A stretch of DNA of 63,445 bases, filler included, from Hausera hauseri (GCA_046269625.1; 13 parts of 13 records of this genome joined end to end with filler, not necessarily neighbours in it); one strand, 5' to 3'; positions 1-12,800 are shown, counted from the whole stretch's first letter. Numbers and translations: made by a program. The notes: generated by a model from the sequence alone, not told the origin.

Positions 1-545
1 TTTAACTGAACATGCTGATGAGAAAAGATGATATTCATTACTGTCAGATTCTTGTCCTTGGAAAACTGTTCCAGAAGACTACTAACGCATTTGTCAAAGT
101 GTCCTGTTTGGAACTCCTTCTCAACGTTAAAGTAATTATTAAATAGATTTTCAACCACGGATTTCATGTGACCTCTAACACCCAACGAATACTTTACAAC
201 AAGAGACACTAAGCTTTGTATGATCATCATGTAACTATTTCGATCGGATTTATTGTTAAGTGTATTACCATATGACATGAGTATTTGCATGGTTTTAACA
301 CTGGAAAACTGTGACAACACCGACGTAACATTGCTTACATATACAGGCATTTGTTGCTTTATTTTTCGTTCAACATTCGTAGGTATTCGACCAGATATTT
401 GTGACATGAGTTCCTGCAACTCCACAATAGGTAATCTAGGATTCCTCAAACATGTCATTAGGTTGTTAACGGGTTTTTTAAGAAGAGAGGAAAAGAATGG
501 TTCCGGTAAACAAAATCCACCAAGGATCTGTTCCATTGACGCATT
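1..545 (-). pseudogene. ACACA: Acetyl-CoA carboxylase central-region fragment; open to the window edge and fused in frame to unrelated upstream sequence
   Basis: My translation of the minus strand gives QILGGFCLPEPFFSSLLKKPVNNLMTCLRNPRLPIVELQELMSQISGRIPTNVERKIKQQMPVYVSNVTSVLSQF...GVRGHMKSVV...IFSH. This matches the animal ACC motif GYCLPDPFF...LRDPSLPLLELQ..SGRIP..YASNITSVL.QF. It is absent from the ORF track because the frame has no stop before base 1. Confidence 0.85.
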
Positions 546-1320
546 ACTTAAGGTGCTGCGAAGTGCACTACGTCTGTTTCTAACCATGGTCTCCATTTCG
601 GAAATTGTCATATAATTTTCAGTACATTGTAGACTACTGCTCTGAACATTTGGATTATTTGTTGTAACGCTTTTCCGTCTGTTCTGGCGACCGTTATATC
701 TCTGGCTTACTTGCCTTAGGAGAATTGGAGACTCATTAAGTAAATCTGGGTGTGGACTATCACATTGAACAGTATCAGTAACTATTCTTGATCTTACACC
801 TTCGACGAACCCCTTTTAACACAATAGCATTCGAGGATCCTTAGTAGTAACCTGCGATGATTTCACCAAAATATTTTCCAAATAATTTCGACGAGATATT
901 GCCGTACCAGGATGGTCACCAAAAACATACACCATCCACTGCCCTCATTCATCTTGAAATAAATGAACAGAACCTTCAGATGTATCGTCATATGCAGCTG
1001 GATTAATGCCTGATATAGGGAGAAGATGCACTACTGCGGACATTTCACCTTCGTCATTCGTTCCTTGTCCATCGTTGTTTCTTAATGACTCTGCCTCAAC
1101 AAAACTTGCACCAGCTGTATCTGTGTATGTCTTCGAATAGCATTACGCCGTATAATTCTGCCCAAACGTCGGCAATATCGAATAGTCTGGTCAAATGCCA
1201 ATAAACAAACATTTCGAATGGCACAAGAATCGTTCAGACTTGTTGAAAGATTCTCGGAATAAACGGATGGATATGAAATGCATGCTACGGTGGATTGTTC
1301 AGGTGGATAAGTGGAACTGG

Positions 1321-2010
1321 TTAATAAGAAATTATTTTATTGTCATTTGTTGAACAATTGCTGGCATTATCATGGTTAAGATTCAGATCATCGCTTTTAG
1401 AATCATTTTTATCTTGAAGTAACGCATTAATTTCGTCATCTTCCATTGATAGTTGGGCAGCGAACATTGCATCGAAATCGGTAATGTTAAGTTGTGAATT
1501 CGTTGGATTGACGATTTTAGTGGGAATTTCGTTTTCTAGAGGAAGCCACTTATCATAAGGACTATCTTCACGAGTTTTCGCATTACAAAATGAACTTTGT
1601 TTGATTAGACGTACTCGGGATTCAACGTCCTCTTCGGGGACTTCTAGACTACGTGATTTCATATCTAAACTAGCTTTTCGTTGAACGAATGATGAATATT
1701 GTGGACAAGGTTCATCGTTTCCAATAGTAAAAACAGGTTTACGCAAAGCAGTAATGTACATTGACGACGCCCTATTCTGACGTCGAATACGACTCACTGT
1801 CACAGGTATTTGAGAACAATCTTCATATTCCGCCACAGAAGACCGTATCTGATTCATATTGCCTGACCTCATATCGATTTTAGTTGTTGTCGATTTCAAT
1901 AAATAAGAACGATCATCGGTACAGAAACTTTGCATTCGACGACCGACCAAATAATCTGGATCAATGATGGTCTTGTGGCGATTCGTGTTGGCACTCAATC
2001 GTCGACGCAT
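1321..2010 (-). pseudogene. Unassigned low-complexity coding fragment (229 aa) within the contig A gene-fragment mosaic
   Basis: Long Ser/Arg-rich ORF on the same strand as the flanking PPM1G and ACC fragments. No family recognised. Confidence 0.35.
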
Positions 2011-2109
2011 CTAATTTGTAGATGAACGCGTGTGAAAATCTCGTTCAATGTTTTCGGCTTGCTTTAAAGACTGAGATTGGGCAACTGGCTGTGGAACTGT
2101 TTTTTAGGT

Positions 2110-3359
2110 CTAGTTGATGAAATAGATTGTCGCCTGTCATTAAGATGAGATATGCGTTTCCTGACAAAGTCAACAAGATCTTGACTGTTGAAAGAATTCC
2201 AAATACCATCACACACAAGTATAAGGAACTCGTCATCCTGAGGTTGAATGTCAATAGTCTGTATATCTGGTAAGGCTGAGATCATTTGATCTTTAAATTC
2301 AAAGTCTTGATTTCTTTTATAGCTGTGATCACCAATTGATTCACTAAGGTTAAGCCTACCGTTAACTCTACCATCTTCGCTCAAAACACCACCAGCATTT
2401 CTGACTCGTTGTGCTTCAATTTCGTCTTCAGGTTTATGATCAATAGATAAATCCACCGCTTTGCCTTGGCGACATAAAACACATCGAGAATCGCCAGCAT
2501 TTGCAACATGTAACTTCATATTTCTGCGGTCGATTAAGTTCAAAACAACGGTGCTTCCACTATCATAACCGGGTGCTGCTGTGAAATATTGTAATGGTGT
2601 GATCAATTCGTTAACAGCGTCAGATTCATTATTTTCCATATCATTTTCCTTTTTGTTTTCATTTTCATCTTTCTCATCTTTATTATCATTTTCATCTTCA
2701 TCTTCTTCATTCGTTTCTGGATTGCTATCAAAAACTTTCTTCGTCGTATTCTCGCTTGATATAGCTGTTTTTTCCTTATCTTCTTCGTTACTTTCATTTG
2801 ATATGTCAGTCGCTGAATAAACTTCTTCCAGAGTATCTAATGAGCCATTTTGAATAAGTGCTTATGATATTCCTTCAAAATTAATGACAAGGGCTTATGG
2901 GCTTTCCCTTGCAGCAAAGATGGATCATCGCCATCATCTACATTGTCTTCATCTTCACTTTTTTATCTTCGAGATTGGCCTTTTTTTAAATTCCTGATTC
3001 TCCTGAGTCAATATTGCTGCATCAAATTCCAAAAATGAATTAATCAATGCTTTGGAATAATTTCCCGCTTGAAAATCTACATTACTTTGGATAAAAGCTG
3101 GCAACTTATCAGAACACAATTGTGCTACTTCAGATCCACCATGGCCATCATACACAGCAAACAATGACAAATCCTGGTTGTAATTCATAATGCAATTATG
3201 AGCATCCTAAATCAAAGCATTATTTACCTAGATTAAATAAATTGTAACTTCTTGACTAGTTCTCCACCCCTGCATAGCTCCACAAGCATATGATAAGAAT
3301 TCGTCATTTCCGATTTCAATGTCTTTATCGGTTACCGGTTTAGATAGATATGCTCCCAT
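2110..3359 (-). pseudogene. PPM1G: Protein phosphatase 1G (PP2C-gamma) homolog, frameshifted and C-terminally truncated; one 42-bp intron at 3207-3248
   Basis: MGAYLSKP start (ATG 3359), MQGWRTSQE/DAHN across a GT-AG intron, FAVYDGHGG, a long acidic insertion (about 2640-2950) typical of PPM1G, VANAGDSRC, DHKPE, GRVNG.LNLS..IGDH and ILVCDGIWN. I found no terminal DNMT motif in any frame. Confidence 0.88.
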
Positions 3360-3861
3360 CTAAATATTTAAAAAGCAATAATTGAAAAAATAAAACGCCA
3401 TAAAATCAGACTTCGATTCAAAATTTAATATAATTAAAACAATGAAAAAAATTCATTATTTGAACAATAAAATTTTAAATACAAGGTGACTAGCAATATT
3501 CCAAACTGCTGTTTATTTAAGTAGAATTAAATCAGATCTATCACAATAAGTAAGTATCAGATGCCAAAATTTGTGCAGAATGTTTGAAATTTATTCCAAA
3601 TAAATATATTGCGAAATAATATTTTTCTGATCAAACTTTGATTATTTTGAAATACAAGGGCATCAGGTGTTAATTAATTAAGTAGTGCGACGCATAATCA
3701 CAAGGGAAGTATTATTATAGTGCCAACTTAGAAGCGTGAAAATATTCGTGTACGCAGATATTGTCATCAAGATTATATAATTTCAGGAAATTCATTTTAT
3801 CAGTAACGGAGCCAGGAAGCTATTTGAAATATTTAACAGATTTCGTTTCAGACAGCCAAAT

Positions 3862-4543
3862 TAGGGTTATGGCGTAAATTTTTTCAAAATATTAATTTTT
3901 CCTATGTTGCATTGCATGAACCTTTTTCAGTTTTATTTTCTTTTGGCCATGTAAGAACCTCCCGCACTCAATGTCATTTCATTAAAATTAAAAATTAAAA
4001 TTCGGTTTATTCTTTTAAATATAAATATCCTTTAAATTCTAGTTTGTCATATTCTAGTTTTTAGATTTGATCATGTCTTTTAAAAGTAAACAATCCAAAT
4101 CAGCAGTTGAATCAGCCGGAAAGAAATGGACACGGAATTTCGCAACAATACATCCTTCAAAACGGCCAAGAAGCTCATCAAAACCATCAACAAGTCAAGT
4201 GCAAGAGTTCAGTTGTAGTAGTAGTACTAAAGAGGACAAGAGCAGTTCTGATTTCGGTGTTGCAGAAGAGTCTCCCCTAGAAAACGAATATATCAAGCAA
4301 CAAAATCTGCAGATAAGCTGGTGTCAAAAGTGTCCTTATCAACAAGGAAAGCATCCAATGTTCATCAAAACTTGGCTGAAGAAGGAATAGATTTACCTAC
4401 ACTATCACAATCGGGAATCTGGCGTCGAGTGATGAAGGATGTAGAAAAAGTCAAGTGTCAAAACTGACAATGCTTCATCCCGCAAGGCATAGAAGACATT
4501 GGATGTTGTCCGGGGTCAAGGATTTGAATTACGTCCACACCCT
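3862..4543 (+). mobile_element. Probable 5' end of a degenerate hAT (hATm-like) DNA transposon
   Basis: TAGGGT candidate terminus at 3862. Shifted-frame peptide KLVSKVSLSTRKAS...LAEEGIDLPTLSQSGIWRRV resembles hATm transposase N-termini. Confidence 0.4.
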
Positions 4544-4643
4544 NNNNNNNNNNNNNNNNNNNNNNNNNNNNNNNNNNNNNNNNNNNNTTAATTAATTAAN
4601 NNNNNNNNNNNNNNNNNNNNNNNNNNNNNNNNNNNNNNNNNNN
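4544..4643. other. Artificial contig-joining spacer N44-TTAATTAATTAA-N44 (first of 12)
   Basis: Identical 100-bp spacers at 4544, 8817, 15400, 19895, 24967, 29698, 33799, 38926, 43105, 47879, 52180 and 59380. The 12-mer puts stops in all six frames. A separate 10-N gap lies at 41978-41987. Confidence 0.99.
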
Positions 4644-7600
4644 AGGCCGCCAGATGTTACGGCACATTCTGGCATAGGCAATACTGCTCAGTCTTCTGGT
4701 TGTCTTAACACCGCCTCCGCAGTTTTTCTGTTAAAGGCTGCATTGTTCTCTAGCAAAGCTCCACATATCGATTTTCTCATCTATTCAGGAGCTGCCTTTT
4801 CATTCCTCCCTTTGTCCTTCGTCCCTACATCAATGGCAGTTTCTTCTTCTCCGCTTTTCACCGCCAGCAATCAACCTTTGCGAATCGCAGGTACCACAGA
4901 ACTGGTTTTTACATTTTCAAACTTATCAGGCAAGTTTGTCTGGAAATTTTACTGGCCAATATTAAATCGCCAATAATCGGCTCAAATATTTTGGCCGCAC
5001 ACGACCTGCTAGTTGGCTACATGTATGGCTGTTTGCTACGTAGAGACTCCGTCGTGAACGTTAGCAATTGTCTAACAGACAACTCAACAGGCCAATCGTC
5101 TGCAGACTCACATGTGAATTTGGCAAATTGCTCGTCGGTTGATAACGATACATCTAATAGTTTATATATTTTCTCAATTACGCCTCAAATATCGAAGTCG
5201 ATTTTAAAACAATCGGTTAAACCAAATATTAACTGCAGCGATGTCGTTCGTTCTTCGCCAATCACAGTCACCGCCTCCTCTGATAATACTCCTCAATCAT
5301 TTTTATCACTAGATTCCAATCTCAAATACTACATCATTTCTTCTTGTTCTCGCATACTCAAAAAGGACTCTAGCTTTAAGCCCCTGTCAACAACTTATCA
5401 TTACACTGTCACCCAAGACCAAAGACCTATCAGACAAAAGGTGAGACCATTATCGCCTCGTAGACGAAAAGCCGTGGAATTAGAGTTTATCGAACTCGAA
5501 ACATCTGGTATCATTCAGAGGTCCAAATAACCATGGGCTTCACCATTACATGTAGTAACAAAAAAGGACGGTACTTTTCGACCATGTGGCGACTACCACC
5601 AAGTAAATAATCTAACCATCATGGATGCTTACCCGTTACTGCTCATAAAAGACATCCTGAACAGCCCTAACAACACCAATACCTATCCCACAATAGATCT
5701 ACACAAAGCCTACCATCAAATTCCCGTTGCACCCGATGACATTCCAAAGACTGCTGTCATCACTCCATTTGGCATTTACGAATACATGTTTATGCCATTC
5801 GGTTTACGTAACGCAGCCCAAACTTTCCAATGCCACATCGATACCATTCACTCAGGCCTTGATTTTGCTCATCCCTACATCGATGACATATTAGTTGCCT
5901 CCAAATCCGTGAAACAACACCATGAACACCTCCGAATTATTTTTCACAGACTACATCATAGCAACTTACAAGTTAATTTCTCCAAGTGCAACTTCTTTCA
6001 GAAACGTGTCAAGTTCTTAGGCCACATTATCACTCCTCACAGCCACTCTCCACAACCTGATCGACTACAGCAATTAAAAAACGTAACACTACCAACGACC
6101 ACTACAGATATGAGAATTTTTCTTGGCACACTATATTTTGTCCATAAATACATACCGCATTGCTCTGAGCTTACAGCACCTTTCACACACCTCTCATCTG
6201 GAAGGAAAAGATAGCTAATCCAATGGACTCCCGATTTATTTACCATATTCAATCACTTACGTGAAGGCTTAAAACCGTCGAAATACTGGCCTATCCAAAA
6301 TCCGACGCGGAGCTAATACTTACCACTGATGCCTCTTCCACAGCTACTGGTGAATACTATACCAAATTTCCAACGGCGTCGACGAACCTTTGGAATTTTA
6401 CTCTCGAAAACTCACACAACCAGAAAGCCGATATCCTACATTCGATCGTGAGCTACTAGCCATAGTTCTGGCAGTAAAACATTTCAAGCAACTCCTCCTC
6501 TCTCGTGCATTTATCATCCAAACGGATCACAAGCCTCTGCTGAAAATCATGTCACTAAAACAGCCATCACCGAGACAGGAACGACAGATATCTTACCTAT
6601 CTACATTTAGTTTTGTAGATAGGTCGCGGATTTCTTGTCACGGTCGATCGGCTCAATTACGGTTGGACCAATATTTTCTACCGAAATTCTAAAGCTGAAT
6701 CAACCGTCTGCCGATATTCTTAGCTCTTTTAAATCCTTCGAAATTATTGATGGCATTGCATACGACACATCTAACCCCGGTAACAAAAAAATCATTCTCG
6801 CTCTCTCTTTGCAGAAACCAGTTTTCCTTCACACGCATTCACTTCATCATCCAGGCTCGAAAGCCACGTTTCGTTTGCTCCAACGTCATGTAGTTTAGCC
6901 ATCAATACGCACAGATGTACAGAGTTTGGTTAAAGAATGCGTCGCCTGTCAAAACTACAAAGACAACAAACATCTTAAACCGCCGCTTTACCATTTCCCA
7001 TGTACATCACGTTTTCATACCGTCCATCTTGATCTCCTTGGACCCTTACCTTCCGATAACGGGTATCAACATATTCTCGCTATGATGGATCGTGAGTCTC
7101 GCTGGCCTGAAGCCGTTCCTCTCCGTTCAACAAACATTGATTCAGTAGCAGATGCCTTCATCAAAATCTGGATCAGTCGTTTTGGATCCCCACGGCATAT
7201 CATAACGGACCAAGATCCGCAGTTCGAATCGGAACTTTTCAAATCGCTTGTTAAACGCTTGGGGATATCACATTTCCGTACAACACCGTACCACCCATAA
7301 GCAAATGGCTTCCTTGAAAGATTCCATCGAAATATGAAAATTTCTTTAAAAATCCTAGCAGACAATCATCGCAGTTGGACGTCTATCCTGCCATTTGTTC
7401 TACTGGGTTGGCGTAACACTCCTTCCACCACCACGGGTTGTGCTCCAGCCGAGGCACTATTTGGGACTCCAATACGGGCTCTGTTCGAACTTTCCGACCT
7501 TGATGACAATTCGACAGACAAAAGCATTCGCACGACACAGTCGCTCTTTGTTGAGGTCAATTTAGACTCATTCTGCCGCTTATTTAACAATAACAAATCG

Positions 7601-8288
7601 TACATGGCAAAGGATTTATACTCAGCCAAGTTTGTATGGCTGAAAGATTAATTACCTTTGGGCTTTCGACCTCAGTATGTTGGCCCATACAAACTGGTTC
7701 ACCTCTCATTTCATACAGCTACCATTTTACGCCAAAACAAACCCTACAACGTCCACATTTTGAATCTCAAGCCCGCTTTCTTCGTTCATGACAACTCAAC
7801 TCCCACTCCTTCCATTCCTTCCTCAAACTTTCGCCACGATTTCTCTCCGTTACAGCAATTACTTTTCTCTCACACTAAATAATCCTCAACTTCCGCACCG
7901 CTTACTGAATCTACGTAGCTTACTCCGTTTTCTCCGCCCCCCCCCCGTTTCCCTCTCTTTTACAATCTCCACCGCCTTCAGTTTCTTTGCCCCTCTTGTT
8001 TAAATTATTCTCTTTACCATCTTCAACGTCTTCACCTCAAGCAACACAGCACAGTGAATCAAAAAACCTTACAAAACGTCCACCACAAAATATCGTTCAA
8101 CAGCCAAGCACAAACCAATCAAATAGGACACGCAGAGTGACATATATTACCTATAGCAGGGAAAAATATATAGACGGAATACAACGCCTCATACACACCA
8201 AAACCCAATAGGCACTAAACAATTTTAGCGTTTCGCCTCCTTCTATTTCGCTCTACAGTTTCTTTTCTGCCACGGTGGGGGTGGATAA
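4644..8288 (+). mobile_element. Ty3/Gypsy LTR retrotransposon internal region, degenerate pol (PR-RT-RH-IN)
   Basis: Protease FLI(Y)SGAAFS near 4770. RT PWASPLHVV, MPFGLRNAAQTFQ, YIDD (5530-6214). RNase H TDAS, FYSRKL, ELLAI, TDHKPL. Integrase H..HPG, C..C, HLDLLGPLP, TDQ, ERFHR. Many stops and frameshifts. Confidence 0.95.
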
Positions 8289-8510
8289 TGTAGTGCCACG
8301 GTCTAGGACATGGCCCTCTATTTCTGGCAATAGAGGCACCGTTTGGCGCAGCTAGGCCGGAACAATTTTCGTCCTGCCTCGTTACCGTTTGGTCTGTGTT
8401 TTGTTTAGCAGCCGAACAGCGCATAGTAGTGTGAAATAAAATCAATATTCGTATTTGACTACTTATCAGACTACCAATTATTCTATCTTTTAAATTTTTA
8501 CTGTTTATTA
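8276..8510 (+). repeat. PPT-like tract and start of the Gypsy 3' LTR (TGTAG at 8289); right end uncertain
   Basis: Purine-rich GGTGGGGTGGATAA immediately precedes TGTAG downstream of the integrase. AATAAA near 8435. Confidence 0.5.
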
Positions 8511-8916
8511 CGTAATCGTCGCTGAAAAGCCTAGATTTTCACTTGGAAGTAACGAATGACAATACAAGCCCAACTAAAGCATTTACAGTACATAAAAATA
8601 TATATACCCATCGAATTTATCGGTTCTGCATAGTCCTGCAAAAAAATACGGAGGCTAAATTAAGTTTCGTAAAATTCCTGGATATTTATGGAAAAGAGTT
8701 TGACATGTGCCATTATCACGATTCCATTACCACAATATCTTAATGCTCATCACCAATTACCGATCTGATGTAAAAAAATATCGCAACAAGATTACGTTAC
8801 AAAGAACTACTTTCCANNNNNNNNNNNNNNNNNNNNNNNNNNNNNNNNNNNNNNNNNNNNTTAATTAATTAANNNNNNNNNNNNNNNNNNNNNNNNNNNN
8901 NNNNNNNNNNNNNNNN

Positions 8917-11712
8917 GTATTTATGGACAAAATGTAAAGTCCCAAGGAAACTACGCATATCAGTAGTGGTTTTTGGTAGCTCGATGTTTCGTAACCGATG
9001 GATTCTATCAGGCTCTGGACTGCGGCCGTCAGGTGTAATGACGTGGCCAAGGAAATTTACCTTTTTCTAAAAGAAGGAACATTTAGAAGAGTTAACTTGC
9101 AAATTGTAGTTGTGCAAGCGTTGGAAAACTAGTCTGAGATATTCTTTGTGTTGTTTGAGCGATGCCGATGCGACTAGTATGTCATCAATGTATGGATATG
9201 CAAATGGCAAACCTGAAAGAACTGAATCTATATGCAGTTGGAAAGTTTGTGCTGCGTTCTTTAAACTGAATGGCATGAATGCGTACTCGAAAAGACCAAA
9301 AGGTGTTATAATGGCCGTTTTTGGGATGTCTTCTGGTGCTACCTGTATTTGGTGGTAAGCTTTTTCGAGACCTATTTGATTAAATCGTAGTATTGTTTAA
9401 AAAATGCAATATATCCTTAAAGGATAAGCATCCATGGTTGTGATATTATTAAGTGGTCGATAGTCGCCGCATGGACGGCGTGTGCCATCTTTATTTGGGA
9501 CGACGTGGATTGGTGATGCCCATGGTGATTTAGAGAGCTTTATGATTCCAGCTTGCTCGAGTGCAGAGAATTCCGCTTGTACTGCCTGTCGACGGCGTGG
9601 CGAAAATGGGCGGAGTTTCTGCCTAACAAGCCTAAGGTTTTCTGTGATAATATGATGAAACGTCGTGTTAGCCGGTCGAAATGCTGAGTCTTTTTTTATT
9701 GTGTGAAAGCAAGACTTGACTAAGTATTGCTGCATTTCCTGGCTAAGTGTAGTAAAGGCTGTTGTTGTTATGGCTGTGGCTTGGGTGGACTTAGAATGAA
9801 AAATGGTAGAAATCGGGCCGCTTAAATCGGACTTTAACAGAAAAGTAGGACTATTTATATTAGTCTTAATAAGGCTTTTATTCACATTGGTTGATGGATT
9901 TTTAATATTGATTTTATAGTTGAGATAGGCTGCATTATTTGTTGGTTATTCGTAAAGATACGTTTTGTTGAGCTACTCCTGATGATTCGACGTTGTCTGC
10001 AATTTACGAGAAGGTTGTAGAAAGATAAGAAATTAGACCCAAGTATTGGAGATTGTGTGTCGGCAACGATGAATCTCCAATCGAAAATGTCTGAGAATGG
10101 TGGTAAAGTAAATGAAACTTTGGACGTACCGAAAATGCATAATGCTTGGCCGTTAGCTGTATACAATTTTATGTTAGAGGGAGAGATGGATAGTGTTTTG
10201 ATGGATGGTGGTAATAAAGAAACTTCTGCGCCACAGTCAATTAGGAAGTTGATGAGTTGATTGGCTTCGGAAGTTAAAGAAGCTTTTAGTGTAAAAACGG
10301 CATTAGTACGGCTATTAGATTAAAAACGTTTGCCTGTGCCAGTATGTGCCGAAACATCTGGCGACTTTATAAGTTTTTTGGAGGCACAGAACTTATACTG
10401 TTAAAAAGAGTAGATCGTGGTGAATTAGATCGGTTACCAAAAGTGCAATTTCGGGCTTTATTGCTGAACCTATTATGGTAAATGCAAACGATGTCGGATT
10501 TTGGAAGGCTGTCGTATAGAATTTGCATATTAAGCAACATTTGCTGGATTGGTTCTTGAATTTGGTGTGATAATAGAACACCATAGGTCGAGTAGGAGAC
10601 CTAGCGGATCTAGAAGAATTCTGCGATGAGGAGCGGCTGTGATTAGGTGTGAATTGATTTCGTCGCGGCATGGATAAATTGTCCAGTTTGGAAGTTAGAG
10701 CAGAAATGGCTTGGTGTATTGCCGTGTTTTCAGCTCGGAGAGTGTTTATTTAATTATTCAGTGCTAAGATTTCATTATTGTGTGGTGTCGTAGGCGGTTG
10801 TAATGTGGCAGCAACAATAGGAATATGATGTGTATTTAGTATATCGTAACTTTTATCAGCCAGTTGTGCTAACTTTTTTAACGTAGCGGTATCTTCAACT
10901 ACTGTTAGTAAAGCGCGTATTTCTTTCGGTAATGATTGAATGAAATATCTGCGCAATAAGTCGGCATTTTTGGTCTGGTTTACTCCCAACTTGCTTAATT
11001 GAGTCAAGAATGTTTGCAAAAATTCGGAGGGTTTTAGTGTGCTTATTGTGTTTTCATTGAAATATTTCTGGATAATGTTATCCATAGAAGGCTCGGTGAG
11101 TTTAAGTACGGCGTTGAATAGTGTTTCGTATGTGTCTACGGTCTGAAAAATTTCGGAAATATTTGGTAGTAGCGATTTAAGGTTGGCTGGTAAAAGTATA
11201 AGCTATTAGCCTTGAAGAAAGGGTCAGTGATTTTATTCGATTTTAGCCATTGTGCATGGAATTCTAGCCATGTACGACTGGAATGTTGTTTACCTGTAAA
11301 ATAGTCAACACAAGGGAAATTTACCGACGAGGATGCTGCAGGTAGCGCTGAAGGAGACTGCTTTAGAAAAACATTTATAGTGTGGATGTCAGCAAAATCT
11401 TGTTGGTCCTTAGAAGATGCTTTTGGATCAGATCCGCCTAACAAACAGTAATGTGCAGTTAGTATAGGTGCCGAAGCTGAGCGGGTATAGCTAGTGATAA
11501 TATCGGATTGCTGCAAAAAGAATCCATTAAAACTGAGACGAAAATTAGTCGGTAATGCTTCTCGTTGTAGAGCCCCGAACAAATGTGCGATATTTGCTGT
11601 TTGATGTATGTAGTATGTGTATGTGCGTTTATTTTCAAGCGAGAGTTAAAAAATGAAGTTTTCAGATATTTCGGATGTGTAGCGTGGTTCGTAAAACACG
11701 GGCGCACCCAAA
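8917..11712 (-). mobile_element. Ty3/Gypsy element (same family as contig B): Ubl-gag, protease, RT; degenerate
   Basis: gag with two YH..F...A.KC Cys/His motifs (10400-10600), protease FLIDCGAEVS near 10240, RT PWASPIHVV..RPCGDYR..YIDD (8917-9630). PBS-like TGGGTGCGCCCGTG near 11711-11698. Confidence 0.92.
11433..11670 (-). other. Ubiquitin-like leader ending in GG at the Gag N-terminus
   Basis: REALPTNFRLSFNGFFLQQSDIITSY...LTAHYCLLGG aligns by eye to ubiquitin [26 protein letters not shown]...LHLVLRLRGG. The N-terminal strands and helix appear to be in an adjacent frame. Confidence 0.6.
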
Positions 11713-11879
11713 ATCTCTGCGTTGTGATAACTGATCTCTCTAACTGAATTAATTATGCTGAGAAATACAAAATGCAGTGATTGAACTGCTTTGGTTGTCA
11801 TTATTTTAAAAATCGTTACGGAGTAGGTATATAGTAAATTCACCGACCTTTTTTAAAAACCATATCCAGAACAGCTGCA

Positions 11880-12800
11880 ATTGTCAAGTTTGAAGAAACA
11901 CCTCTAGCAAACTTCTCGGGAATTATACTAGAATTTTTGCTACTTGTATATTGCTTATCCTTGAGAATCAGAGAAACGGTTTCGGAAATTTCCTTTGGAC
12001 TTTCTTTTTGGGACAATTGTCGTAAACACGCAATCACAGCTCGCCGTAGCAATAAATGGAGACTTGATAAGCCATCGCGCAAATCAGGAACAAATGATGG
12101 AAGATTTATATTACATACAGCAAACGTATGAAGTTGCTGAACGCAAGAGACTGATTCAGCTTAAAATAAAGAATCAGTATGTACTTTCAAAATCGAACAA
12201 CTGACTGTACAAGACGTTCTGAGACTGATAATTGTGGGAAAAAGTTGTTATTAATGCACTCAGAACTTTACCAAGGTATTGAAGAATATCAGTTAGTGAT
12301 GGAGAAGATTGTAAAAGAAGAGACAAAACTCCAGACTCTGCAATTAAAGCTAGAGCATGCAACGACCAGACTTGCACAACAGGAGAGCTAATATCCTGAG
12401 CAGTTCGATTAATTACGTCGCAATCCGTCTTTAGTCGATCGTTAATTTGTGTAACTTGCTGACGCATGGACTTACCTTGACGAATGTAATATGAAAAATG
12501 TCCAGGAATTTGCAATCCGTGTTTTGATTGAATTTTTGGAAATAATAAGCCAAATAGTTGTACTGATGAATCTACAACGGCTACACCGAGAGGAAAAGGT
12601 GTTGGATACACAACAATCGCTTTAGTTTTACAAACATACGCGCTTGACATAAATACTACTGCTGGATCATGTTCAAATGTATTAGCTGGGCTTTCAACCG
12701 ACGCAAAATCTGCAGGAAGTAAACATCTTTTCACCGTCTTTTTGACGAAATAGTGACCTTCAAGGAATTCCTCGTAATCTTCGGGGAACAAATTCAAATT
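11880..12800 (-). pseudogene. HEATR5B: HEATR5 (HEAT repeat protein 5A/B) internal fragment with multiple internal deletions
   Basis: EHDP...PFPLGVAVVDSSVQLFGLLFP..KH.LQI..HF...RQQ, QD.SSP.VQVWSLHALALI and LSS.HLLLRRAV.ACLRQLSQKE all match HEATR5 motifs. Confidence 0.85.

Noticed and set aside
253-615. 120-aa plus-strand ORF
   Set aside because: It is the antisense shadow of the ACC fragment on the minus strand.
4588-4599. TTAATTAATTAA recurring every 4-7 kb as a possible biological repeat or CRISPR-like array
   Set aside because: It is always centred in exactly 44+44 Ns, so it is an artificial six-frame-stop spacer. ORFs containing X runs are artefacts.
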